A DNA stretch of 64,000 nt, from the NCBI GenBank assembly GCA_963716745.1, contig OY970320.1, forward strand, positions 576,001-640,000, in the 5' to 3' direction. How positions within the stretch are numbered: position 1 is the stretch's first letter; each line of letters opens with the position of its first letter. Under the pieces are notes generated by a model. The model was not told where the DNA came from. It did no database searches and worked only from the letters and a program-made list of their open reading frames with translations. Made by a program: the position numbers and the translations under genes. The DNA comes from an uncultured Gemmatimonadaceae bacterium. Lineage in GTDB: Bacteria > Gemmatimonadota > Gemmatimonadetes > Gemmatimonadales > Gemmatimonadaceae. Of this stretch, positions 44,807 through 53,537 are shown piece by piece.

Positions 44807-45528
44807 GGTGATCGCAACACTCGCGGGTCGAAGCTGAAGACGACAGGAAGCACATCATCGGCGAAGCCGGTGGGCAGCGGCCCGAAGGCTTTCACCGCGG
44901 CGGCTTGCTCGACCGCGCCCTCGGCCTCGAGATCGAAGGCGAAATTCCCGGAGCGCGTGACGAACTGGATGCTGCTCGGCACGATCGAGCCATCGCGCCG
45001 AATGATGAACGATACTTCGGCGCGCACGGCGGAGTTCCCCTGCGGCTTGAAGCGCTGCGCGATCACCCGCACGACGTTCTCCAGATACTGCGGATAGGGG
45101 AACTCGGCGCCTTCGCTCTGCACCGTCACAATGTCGGTGCCGCGGCCCGCAGTACTGGGGGCCGGAGGCGCCGGATTCGGCGGCGCGGGCGGCGCCGGCG
45201 CGGGTGGCGTCTTCTTCGGCGGCGTCTTGGGAGGCATCTTCGGCGGCGCGGCCATGGCCTTGGGCGGCGGCACCACCTTCTTCGCCGGCGGACTCGGCGG
45301 CGGCGCCGGCGCCGGCGGAGGCGCGGCGGGCGGCGCGGGCGCCGGTGCCGCCGCGGGCTCCGGTGGCGCGGCCACCAGGTTCACATGATACGAAGGCGGC
45401 AGCGCCCGGCGCGGCGCCGGATGCGCCGAGAAGAGCGCCGTCGCGAAGATCGCGTGCAAGGCGAACGACGCCGCGATCGCCCACGCGATCGACGGCCGGC
45501 GGCGCATGGTGTCCGGGCGCGCGCTCAC
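44803..45528 (-). CDS. tolA: TolA/TonB family energy transducer
   Basis: TM helix with SxxxH, Pro-rich linker, C-terminal domain (FIIRRDG, SGNFAFD, FGPLP). Confidence 0.8.
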   Translation of the reverse strand: MSARPDTMRRRPSIAWAIAASFALHAIFATALFSAHPAPRRALPPSYHVNLVAAPPEPAAAPAPAPPAAPPPAPAPPPSPPAKKVVPPPKAMAAPPKMPPKTPPKKTPPAPAPPAPPNPAPPAPSTAGRGTDIVTVQSEGAEFPYPQYLENVVRVIAQRFKPQGNSAVRAEVSFIIRRDGSIVPSSIQFVTRSGNFAFDLEAEGAVEQAAAVKAFGPLPTGFADDVLPVVFSFDPRVLRSP

Positions 45529-45941
45529 GGCGTGACCGTCTCCGGTTCGGCCACGAGACCAATGTCGCCGACGCCGGCGCCGCGCATCACCGCGAGCACG
45601 CGCACCACCGATCCGTACGGCACATTCTGGTCGGCGCGCAGATAGATGCCGTCGCGCCCGCGCTTGCCCGCGAGCGCCTTGAAGGTGGCGCGGAATTCTT
45701 CGTAGGTGAACTTGCCCTCATCGACGAAGATCGTACCGTCGCGCGCGACGGTCACGACGAGGCCGCTGGCCGCGCGCAGCGGGCGCGCGTCGGCGCGCGG
45801 CAGCGCGACGTCCACGCCCCCCTGCATCATCGGCGCGGTGATCATGAAGATCACCATTAAGAGCATCATCACGTCGATCAGGCTCACGACGTTGATGTCC
45901 GCGTTGAGCGGCAGCCCCCGGGTGCGCCGCCGCTGGCTCAC
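45525..45941 (-). CDS. tolR: TolR/ExbD
   Basis: INVVSLIDVMMLLMVIFMITAP, LRAD..VPYG. Confidence 0.92.
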   Translation of the reverse strand: MSQRRRTRGLPLNADINVVSLIDVMMLLMVIFMITAPMMQGGVDVALPRADARPLRAASGLVVTVARDGTIFVDEGKFTYEEFRATFKALAGKRGRDGIYLRADQNVPYGSVVRVLAVMRGAGVGDIGLVAEPETVTP

Positions 45942-46639
45942 TCGATGCGCCCCGCGCGCACCATCATCGCGATCACCGAGGTGCCGAAGCTCTCCAGTTG
46001 GCCCTCATAGCGCGCGAGCCGCGCGGCGAAGATGTTGTAGCCGAACACCGCGGGGATCGCGACGGTGAGCGCGGCCGCGGTCGCCACCAATGCCTCGGCG
46101 ACGCCCGGCGCGACCGCCGCAAGATTGCCGCTCCCCTTCACCGCGATGCCCACGAAGGCGTCGATGACGCCGAGCACCGTGCCCAGCAGCCCGATGAGCG
46201 GGCTCACCGAACCGATCGTCGCGAGCCACGGAATGAAGTGCGACAACTGATCGCGCTGGTCCATCGTCTCGGCATCGAGCACGAGACGGAGCGCTTCCAC
46301 CTGCGACGCCGAGAGGTTCCCGGAGTTCAGAACGGCCACGAAGTTGGACGCGCGCGATACGATGCTCGCGAACGGCCCCTCGGCGCCGCGCCGCACGAGC
46401 GCGGCCGCGGCCTCGAGCGTGTGCGCCGACGCGAAGTCCTTCTCGAACGCGCGGGCCCGCGCGTCGGCGCGGCGGAACTCGCGCCACTTCGCCAGCATGA
46501 TCGCCCAGCTGATCAGCGAGAGTGTGCCGAGCAGCACGAGCACGATCTTCGTCGCGATCGTGGACTGACGGATCAGGTCCATCGGCGTGGTGGGGAGCGC
46601 CGTGCCGAGCTGCAGCGCGAGCAGCGCGAAGGCGTTCAT
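45938..46639 (-). CDS. tolQ: TolQ/ExbB/MotA proton channel
   Basis: LATIGSVSPLIGLLGTVLG, VAPGVAEALVATA, AIPAV. Confidence 0.93.
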   Translation of the reverse strand: MNAFALLALQLGTALPTTPMDLIRQSTIATKIVLVLLGTLSLISWAIMLAKWREFRRADARARAFEKDFASAHTLEAAAALVRRGAEGPFASIVSRASNFVAVLNSGNLSASQVEALRLVLDAETMDQRDQLSHFIPWLATIGSVSPLIGLLGTVLGVIDAFVGIAVKGSGNLAAVAPGVAEALVATAAALTVAIPAVFGYNIFAARLARYEGQLESFGTSVIAMMVRAGRIE

Positions 46640-47601
46640 GACACCACCGCCAGCCGCCGCGCGGCGAACCACGCGTGAGTCTGCTGCAGGCCGTCGTCGA
46701 GAGTGACCGCCGGGCGCCAGTCCAATGCGCGAGCGGCGGCGTCGATGCGCACCGCGGAGCGCCGCTGCTCGCCGGGACGTTCGGGCGCGTGTGTGAGGCG
46801 CGGCGGCACCGCGGCCGCGCCGGCAAGGATCGTGGCGAGTGTCAGCACGTCGGTCTCCACTCCAGTTCCAATGTTGATCGCGCGGGCGTCCACGCCGCCG
46901 GCCGGCGGCAAGGGCGCGAGCGCGGCGAGTTGCACGGCGCGCGCGACGTCCTCCACGAACACGTAGTCGCGCGTCTGCAGGCCGTCGCCGTACACCGTGA
47001 GCGCTTCGCCGCGCAGGAGCCGCTCGCAGAAGATCGCGACGACGCCCGCCTCCCCATGCGGGTCCTGGCGCGGGCCGTACACGTTCGAGAATCGCAGCGC
47101 GATCGTGGGCAATCCGTGCACGCGCGCGTAATACGCGAGGTAATGCTCCACCGCGAGCTTCGCGACGCCGTAGGGCGACTGCGGATCCTTCGGCGCCTGC
47201 TCTGCGGTAGGCGGCGGCGCGAGGTCGCCGTAGATCGCGCCGCCGGTGGAGGCGAAGACCACACGCGCCGTGGCGCCGGCTGCGCGCAGCGCCTCGAGGA
47301 GATTGAGCGTGCCCTCGACGTTCACGCGCGCGTCGTGCACTGGATCGGCCACACTGCGCCGCACATCCATCTGCGCGGCGAAGTGACACATGACATCGAA
47401 TCGCCCTTCGCGCACGGCGCGCGCGGCGTCGGCCGACCGGATGTCGAGCGTGAGGAGCTCGGCGCCGTCGGGAACGTTCTCGCGCTTGCCGGAGCTGAGG
47501 TCGTCGAGGATGGTGACGCGGTCGCCGGCGCCTGTGAAGCGGGCTGCGGCATGCGAGCCGATGAAGCCCGCGCCGCCGGTGACGAGGATGCGGCGCGTCA
47601 T
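46636..47601 (-). CDS. NAD-dependent epimerase (UDP-glucose 4-epimerase-like)
   Basis: TGGAGFIGSH, STGGAIYG, YGVAK, NVYGPRQ. Confidence 0.9.
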   Translation of the reverse strand: MTRRILVTGGAGFIGSHAAARFTGAGDRVTILDDLSSGKRENVPDGAELLTLDIRSADAARAVREGRFDVMCHFAAQMDVRRSVADPVHDARVNVEGTLNLLEALRAAGATARVVFASTGGAIYGDLAPPPTAEQAPKDPQSPYGVAKLAVEHYLAYYARVHGLPTIALRFSNVYGPRQDPHGEAGVVAIFCERLLRGEALTVYGDGLQTRDYVFVEDVARAVQLAALAPLPPAGGVDARAINIGTGVETDVLTLATILAGAAAVPPRLTHAPERPGEQRRSAVRIDAAARALDWRPAVTLDDGLQQTHAWFAARRLAVVS

Positions 47602-47636
47602 GTCAACGCGTGGACGCGGCGCCGGAGCGCGCGAGG

Positions 47637-47674
47637 AAAAACAAAATGGGCGATCGCAGTCATGCGTCGCCCAT
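47637..47674 (-). terminator. Probable intrinsic terminator after the LysM gene
   Basis: Minus strand ATGGGCGACGCA-TGAC-TGCGATCGCCCAT followed by TTTGTTTTT; second hairpin at 47690-47712. Confidence 0.6.
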
Positions 47675-47731
47675 AATGTAACACGCGCGGCGCCACGGCG
47701 GGGCCGTGGCGCAGCGAAAAACGGAGAGCGC

Positions 47732-48904
47732 CTAGGGCATGCGCGCGGTCAGCCGGACGGACGCATCCGCGAAGATCGCCGGATTGCGAATGTCCGTGAC
47801 CAGCGCCGTGGCGCCAAGCTCCGTCACCTTGATCACCTGCACGCGCCCGATCAACCCTTCCGGGATGGTCACATCGGGACCGTGCTCCTGCGGCTGCTTG
47901 AACGACGGACGGTAGACCGTGAACTGGTCGCCGATCTTCACGCCATCCTTCAGGCCCACGTTGAGGATGATCCAGTCCTGCGCCGACGCGATCGTGACCG
48001 CCGGCGGGATGAAGATGACCTTGCCTTCGGTGCCGAGGAGCAGCGGCGCGGGGCGCGCGTCGGGGTTCATCGCGAAGTGCTCGAGCGGCATGATCTGCTG
48101 CCCGATCCAGACCTCTTGGTAGAAGTTCGTGATCAGGGCCATTGCCGCATCGGTGCCTTCAATGCTGATGATCTTTATCTGGCCGGTGGGGCGCATCACT
48201 ACCGTCCCGTTCCCGAGATCCGCGAGCGTCTCGAATACGAGGAACTGGTCGCCCTTGGCCGCCACGACGCCCTTGGGCAGCGTGACGAAGACGTAATCGT
48301 TGATGTTGAATTTGTCGCGCTGCACGCCGCGCACTTCGCCCGGCACGTTCGCCGTACGAATGATCCGGCCGGTGTTCGGCGGACCGGCGGACGAATCGAG
48401 CCACGGCGCCGAGTAGAACTCCGCCGCGCGCACCGCGGTATGCTGGTACGTGTTGGCCGTGCCGCCGAAGCGCGACGCGCTGATGGTGCGCTTGCGGTTG
48501 GCCGCCGCGAACACCGTAGACCCGACCGGCTGGCGCGGCGCTTCCGCGATCGGCGCGGCCGGCTGCTCCATCTGGTCTTCCGAGACGACCTGTGCGCCGC
48601 CGCCGGGATTCTCGGCGACCTGCGGCGTGCCGCCGGGGAGCGTCAGGACCTCGCCGGGATAGATCCAGTGCGGATCTTCCACGATGGCCGTGTTGAGCCG
48701 GTAGATCTCAGGCCAGAGGAAGGGATCGTTCAGGTACATCTTGGCGATGTCCCAGAGCGTATCGCCCTTCTTCACGGTGTGGGTCGCAGGGATCGCGGTC
48801 GGCTCCTGCGCCTTGAGCGGCGAGGAAGCCAGCGTCGCAGCGGCGACGGCGAGCGCGAACGCGCGACGGACGAGAGGCGAAAAGCGCATCGGATGCTGGA
48901 TCAT
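47732..48904 (-). CDS. Secreted LysM peptidoglycan-binding protein, TsaP-like
   Basis: Signal peptide then HTVKKGDTLWDIA..YLNDPFLWPEIY..N...DPHWIYPG, followed by beta-rich domains. Confidence 0.8.
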   Translation of the reverse strand: MIQHPMRFSPLVRRAFALAVAAATLASSPLKAQEPTAIPATHTVKKGDTLWDIAKMYLNDPFLWPEIYRLNTAIVEDPHWIYPGEVLTLPGGTPQVAENPGGGAQVVSEDQMEQPAAPIAEAPRQPVGSTVFAAANRKRTISASRFGGTANTYQHTAVRAAEFYSAPWLDSSAGPPNTGRIIRTANVPGEVRGVQRDKFNINDYVFVTLPKGVVAAKGDQFLVFETLADLGNGTVVMRPTGQIKIISIEGTDAAMALITNFYQEVWIGQQIMPLEHFAMNPDARPAPLLLGTEGKVIFIPPAVTIASAQDWIILNVGLKDGVKIGDQFTVYRPSFKQPQEHGPDVTIPEGLIGRVQVIKVTELGATALVTDIRNPAIFADASVRLTARMP

Positions 48905-49049
48905 AGCGGTGTCCTCGTGGTCCTCACTCGGTGCGCAACGGGTGCGCGGTTCCCCAAGGAAAACGGAACTGCGCACCCCCGGCAAGAAGCCGAGGCGCGC
49001 ACGGGTTCCCTACTAGGACGCGTGATGGGGCAACGGGTTACGGCGAAGA

Positions 49050-49146
49050 GGCGCGCCTGGCTGTTGGCGTATGGTAATACCCACCCGCCAACCCCCAAAC
49101 GCGCCCCTGCGATTCGTCGTACCATACGCCATACGCCAGGCGCGCC
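49050..49146. repeat. Intergenic palindrome with heptamer (CCATACG) subunits
   Basis: GGCGCGCCTGGC-TGT-TGGCGTATGGTA (49050-49076) pairs with TACCATACGCCA-TAC-GCCAGGCGCGCC (49120-49146). Confidence 0.8.
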
Positions 49147-49156
49147 CCTGCAGTTG

Positions 49157-49657
49157 TTAGAAGGGCAGATCGTCGTCCGTCTCCTCGAGGCTGCCTTTGA
49201 AGTCCTCGAAGTCGCCGCCGGCCGGACTGGGCCCGGCGCCGGACCCTGCGCCTGCCGCCGCCGCGCGCGGGCGGCTCCGCGGAGCGCCCTCGGCGTCGTC
49301 CGAACCGCCCTGGCGGCCGGACAGCATGATCAGCTCCCGGACGTTGATCTCGGTGCTGTAGCGGGTCTGATTCTCCTTGTCCTGCCACTGGCGGTACTCG
49401 ATCCGCCCCTCGACGTACACCTTGTCGCCCTTCTTCAGGTACTTCTCGACGATATCGGCGAGCGTGAAGGCCTTGGAATTCCAGACCACGCACCGGTGCC
49501 ACTCCGTCTTCTCCTGCTTCTCCCCGTTGGCGCCGGTCCACTGGCGGCTCGTGGCGAGAGAGAAGTTCGCGACGCGGTTGCCGCCCGTGGCGGACCGGAC
49601 TTCGGGATCGGCGCCCAGATTGCCGATCAGGGTGACCTTATTCAGACTGCGGCTCAC
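49157..49657 (-). CDS. ssb: Single-stranded DNA-binding protein
   Basis: SLNKVTLIGNLGADPE, TEWHR, VYVEG, acidic tail DDDLPF; GTG start with AGGAGG upstream. Confidence 0.97.
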   Translation of the reverse strand: MSRSLNKVTLIGNLGADPEVRSATGGNRVANFSLATSRQWTGANGEKQEKTEWHRCVVWNSKAFTLADIVEKYLKKGDKVYVEGRIEYRQWQDKENQTRYSTEINVRELIMLSGRQGGSDDAEGAPRSRPRAAAAGAGSGAGPSPAGGDFEDFKGSLEETDDDLPF

Positions 49658-49745
49658 GGTTCCTCCTGGCAGATGGCGAATGACATCGCCGGACAAAGTA
49701 TATCGGACGGGCCGCCCCTATGCCACCGAGCGAACGCGCGGCGGA

Positions 49746-50214
49746 TCATCGTTCTGCGGTGGCCGGGAGATCGCAGCGCAGGACCAGTGCGTCCTCGACC
49801 GGCTCCCGGTAATAGTCGCGGCGCCGGCCGACTTCGGTGAAGCCGAAACGCGCGTAGAGCGCGCGGGCGGCGGCGTTGGATTCGCGCACATCGAGAATGC
49901 ACCGTGGCGGCGCGGCGATCGCGCGCTTCCGTCATCATACCGCCGAGCAGCAGGGCGCCGACCCCCGCTCCTCGCCGCGCGGGTGCGACGGCGAGATTGA
50001 GCACCTCGGCTTCGTCCGCGGCGAACTGGGCCACAATGTATCCCACCAGCGTCTGGTCATCCCCGAGTACGACATCGAAGCGCGAACCCGCCGCCCGGAG
50101 CGCGCCGGCGAACAGCGCGCGCGTCCATGGATCGCCGAAGGAGGCGCGTTCGATCTCGACCACGGCGTCGAGATCCGACGGCGCCGCCGCGCGGACCGTC
50201 AACGCCCGCGGCAC
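49746..50214 (-). CDS. rimI: Ribosomal protein S18 alanine N-acetyltransferase (frameshift near 49895)
   Basis: IERASFGDPW, EVLNLAV, RRGAGVG; continues DVRESNAAARALY..FGF..VGRRRDYY..EDA in another frame. Confidence 0.88.
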
Positions 50215-50215
50215 G

Positions 50216-50884
50216 CTACGCGCCGGTGAGCGGGCGGCCGTGCTCGCGCTCCCACTTCGCCTGCGCTTCGGCGACGCGGCCGTAGTGCGGTTCCCAGGTC
50301 GCGAGATCCACGGGTCCCGCGACCGCGAATTGCTCCACGAGCATCGCGGCGCCGCGGGCGTGCGGCGCGCAGGCGAGAAGCTCGGCGGGGCCGGCGGTGC
50401 GCGCGCCGAGCGCGTCAGCCATCGCGGCGACCGCGCTGCGCGCGACGAGCGCCGGCGGGGCGATCTCCTCGATCGTGTGCGCAGTGCGCGCGTAGCCGGC
50501 GACGTAGCATTCGCCGCGCATCGCGTCGAGCACGGCGAGGTACGCGCCGGGCGGCAGCGGGTTGCCGGCGACGATCAGCGCGAGCGACGGGAGCGCGAAC
50601 ATCGGGATGCCGCGCGCGCTGGCGATCCCCTTGGCGATCGAGCCGGCAATGCGGAGACTCGTGAAGCTTCCCGGGCCGGCGCCGCACACCACGCGCGTGA
50701 TGTCCGCGGCCGTGACGCCGGCCTCCGCGAGTGCTGCGGCGACCGCCGGCAGCAGGCGTTCTTCGTGCTCGCCGCGCATCGCGACCGACCGCTCGGCCGT
50801 TACCACGCCCGAACGCAGGATGGCCACCGTGCCGGTGTACGTCGCGGCGTCGAGCGCGAGCGTGACGCTGGGGCGGCCGGTCAT
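50216..50884 (-). CDS. tsaB: tRNA t6A biosynthesis protein TsaB
   Basis: LALD, HEERLLP, GPGSFTSLRI, DAMRGECY. Confidence 0.93.
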   Translation of the reverse strand: MTGRPSVTLALDAATYTGTVAILRSGVVTAERSVAMRGEHEERLLPAVAAALAEAGVTAADITRVVCGAGPGSFTSLRIAGSIAKGIASARGIPMFALPSLALIVAGNPLPPGAYLAVLDAMRGECYVAGYARTAHTIEEIAPPALVARSAVAAMADALGARTAGPAELLACAPHARGAAMLVEQFAVAGPVDLATWEPHYGRVAEAQAKWEREHGRPLTGA

Positions 50885-51306
50885 CCGGCGGTGAGCAAGC
50901 GGCGCTCGGGATCCGAGGGATCGTACTCCAGCGCGATCGGGTACGCGCCGGGTGGCAGGCGGCGTCCCGCGCGTTCCGGCCACTCGACGAGCACGAGCGC
51001 GGGCGCGGAAATGATCTCGTCCCACCCGAGGTTCGTGAGTTCGTCCGGCCGGTCGAGCCGGTACAGATCGAAATGGTACACCGGCCAATTCGCCGCCGCG
51101 TACTCGTGCACGAGCGCGAAGGTCGGACTAGTCACTTCCTGCGTGACGCCCGCCCCGCGGCTGATCGCTTGCACCAGCGTGGTCTTTCCGGCGCCGAGCT
51201 CGCCGCGGATCGCGACCACGAGCGGGGCGGCCGCGGTGCGCCCGAACGCCTCGCCCCACGCGGTGAGTTCCGCACGGGTGAGCGCTACGGTGGCCTGCAC
51301 GGTCAC
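50881..51306 (-). CDS. tsaE: tRNA t6A biosynthesis ATPase TsaE
   Basis: [27 protein letters not shown]. Confidence 0.96.
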   Translation of the reverse strand: MTVQATVALTRAELTAWGEAFGRTAAAPLVVAIRGELGAGKTTLVQAISRGAGVTQEVTSPTFALVHEYAAANWPVYHFDLYRLDRPDELTNLGWDEIISAPALVLVEWPERAGRRLPPGAYPIALEYDPSDPERRLLTAG

Positions 51307-53360
51307 GCGCGCGGCGCCCGCAGGCGGCCGAGGCCCGCGCCGCGTTTCGCACCTCCGCCCGAGGCGCCACCGCTCATTCGCGCCTTGAGCTCGAACACCT
51401 GGTCGCGGAGCGACGCCGCTTCCTCGAAGTCGAGTCCTTCGGCCGCCTCCTTCATCTGCGCCTCGAGCATCTCGAGCAGCGCGGCATCATCCATTTCGGA
51501 GGCGTAGGTGTGCCGCGGCTCGGCGACCTTGCGTTCCGGCACCTCCATCCGCGCATCGGCCAATCGCGTGCTGAAGTTCACCTCGTCCGTGCTCTTCACG
51601 ACTGTCGTGGGCGTGATACCATGCTCCTCGTTGTGCGCGCGCTGGATCGCGCGCCGGCGCTTGGTCTCGTCGAGGCAGCGTTGCATCGAGCCGGTGATCC
51701 GGTCGGCGTAGAAGATCGCGCGTCCGCTCACGTTCCGCGCCGCGCGGCCCACGGTCTGGATCAGCGAGCGGTCGCTGCGCAGGAAGCCTTCCTGATCGGC
51801 GTCGAGGATCGCGACGAGCGACACCTCGGGCAGGTCGAGCCCTTCGCGCAGGAGGTTGATCCCTACGAGCACATCGAAGTCGCCGAGTCGCAGCCCGCGA
51901 ATGATCTCCATGCGCTCGATGGCGTCGATGTCCGAGTGCATGTAGCGCACGCGCACGCGCATCTGCTGGAGATAGTCGGCGAGGTCCTCCGACATGCGCT
52001 TCGTGAGCGTGGTGACGAGCACGCGCTCGCCCCGCCGCTCGCGCAGCCGGATCTCGTTGAGGAGATCGTCCACCTGGCCGCGCACCGGGCGCACCTCGAT
52101 CTCGGGATCGAGCAGCCCGGTGGGACGGATGATCTGCTCGACGACGACGCCGTCGGAGAGCTGGAGTTCGAGGTCGCCCGGCGTGGCGCTCACGAACAGC
52201 GCCTTGGGGGTGAGCGCGAGGAACTCATCGAACATGAGCGGCCGGTTGTCGAGGGCGCTCGGCAACCGGAAGCCGTACTCGACGAGCGTGAGCTTGCGCG
52301 CGCGGTCGCCATTGAACATGCCCGAGATCTGCGGGAGCGAGACGTGCGATTCGTCGACGACGACGAGAAAATCCTCGGGGAAATAATCGAAGAGGCACGC
52401 GGGACGCTCGCCCGCCTGCCGGCCCGAGAGGTGGCGCGAGTAGTTCTCGATGCCGGCGCAGGTGCCTACTTCGAGCATCATCTCGATGTCGAAGTTCGTG
52501 CGCGACTCGAGGCGCTGCGCCTCGAGGAGCTTGCCCGCGCTCCGCAGGAGCGGCAGCCGCTCGTTGAGCTCGGTGCGAATGAGCGACACCGCGCGCTCGA
52601 GCGTCGGGCGCGACGTCACGAAATGCTTCGCCGGGTAGATCGCCGCGCGCTCGAGCTTCGCGATCGCGTCGCCGGTGATCGGATTGATCTTGGAGATCCG
52701 CTCCACCTGATCGCCCCAGAGTTCCACGCGCACCGCCTGCTCCTCGTACGCGGGGAAGATCTCCACCGTGTCGCCGCGCACGCGGAAGGTGCCGCGCTCG
52801 AACGCGACGTCGTTGCGTGAATACTGGATCGACACGAGCGCGCGCAGGATGTCGTCGCGCGGGCGCGTCTCGCCGACGTTGATGCTCACCATGCGCTCGC
52901 GGTATTCCACCGGATCGCCGAGTCCGTAGATCGCGCTCACCGTGGCGACGATGATGACATCGTCGCGCTCCATGAGGCTCGACGTCGCGCGCAGGCGCAG
53001 GCGGTCGATGTCCTCGTTGATCGAGGCGTCCTTCTCGATGTACGTGTCGCTCGAGGGGACGTACGCCTCGGGCTGGTAGTAGTCGTAGTACGAGATGAAA
53101 TACTCGACCGCATTGTTCGGGAAGAAGCCCTTGAGTTCACCGTACAGCTGCGCCGCGAGGGTCTTGTTGTGGCTCAGCACGAGCGTGGGCTTCCGGTAAT
53201 GCTGGATGACGTTCGCGACGGTCATCGTCTTGCCCGAGCCGGTGACGCCGAGGAGCGTCTGGAACCGGTCGCCGCGCGCGAGTCCCTCGTTCAGCTCGGT
53301 GATGGCACGAGGCTGATCGCCGGCGGGGCTGAAGGGAGCGGTGAATTCGAAGGATGGCAC
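51303..53360 (-). CDS. uvrB: Excinuclease ABC subunit B
   Basis: [46 protein letters not shown] domain. Confidence 0.99.
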   Translation of the reverse strand: MPSFEFTAPFSPAGDQPRAITELNEGLARGDRFQTLLGVTGSGKTMTVANVIQHYRKPTLVLSHNKTLAAQLYGELKGFFPNNAVEYFISYYDYYQPEAYVPSSDTYIEKDASINEDIDRLRLRATSSLMERDDVIIVATVSAIYGLGDPVEYRERMVSINVGETRPRDDILRALVSIQYSRNDVAFERGTFRVRGDTVEIFPAYEEQAVRVELWGDQVERISKINPITGDAIAKLERAAIYPAKHFVTSRPTLERAVSLIRTELNERLPLLRSAGKLLEAQRLESRTNFDIEMMLEVGTCAGIENYSRHLSGRQAGERPACLFDYFPEDFLVVVDESHVSLPQISGMFNGDRARKLTLVEYGFRLPSALDNRPLMFDEFLALTPKALFVSATPGDLELQLSDGVVVEQIIRPTGLLDPEIEVRPVRGQVDDLLNEIRLRERRGERVLVTTLTKRMSEDLADYLQQMRVRVRYMHSDIDAIERMEIIRGLRLGDFDVLVGINLLREGLDLPEVSLVAILDADQEGFLRSDRSLIQTVGRAARNVSGRAIFYADRITGSMQRCLDETKRRRAIQRAHNEEHGITPTTVVKSTDEVNFSTRLADARMEVPERKVAEPRHTYASEMDDAALLEMLEAQMKEAAEGLDFEEAASLRDQVFELKARMSGGASGGGAKRGAGLGRLRAPRA

Positions 53361-53382
53361 TGTGTCAGAAAAATCAGTCGTG

Positions 53383-53530
53383 TGGTACCGCTGGAGGCGG
53401 GGACTGGTACCGCGAACGGCGCGTTAGCGTTGGACGTTGGGACCGCCAGCACCGAGGAACGCGCTGTTCCCAACGCTAACGCCACACCCGCACCTCGCGG
53501 TACTAACCCCGCCGTCAGCGGTGTCCAGTC
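53383..53530. repeat. Long palindromic element, copy 2 of the 37079 family
   Basis: Shares GACTGGTACCGCGAACGGCG, TAGCGTTGG.CGTTGGG, CCCAACGCYAACGCCACA and GCGGTAC with 37079-37242. Confidence 0.85.
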
Positions 53531-53537
53531 TGCGCAG

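Noticed and set aside
43150..45420. Poly-Ala run in Pal and Pro-rich run in TolA as repeat elements
   Set aside because: Normal low-complexity periplasm-spanning linkers for these families
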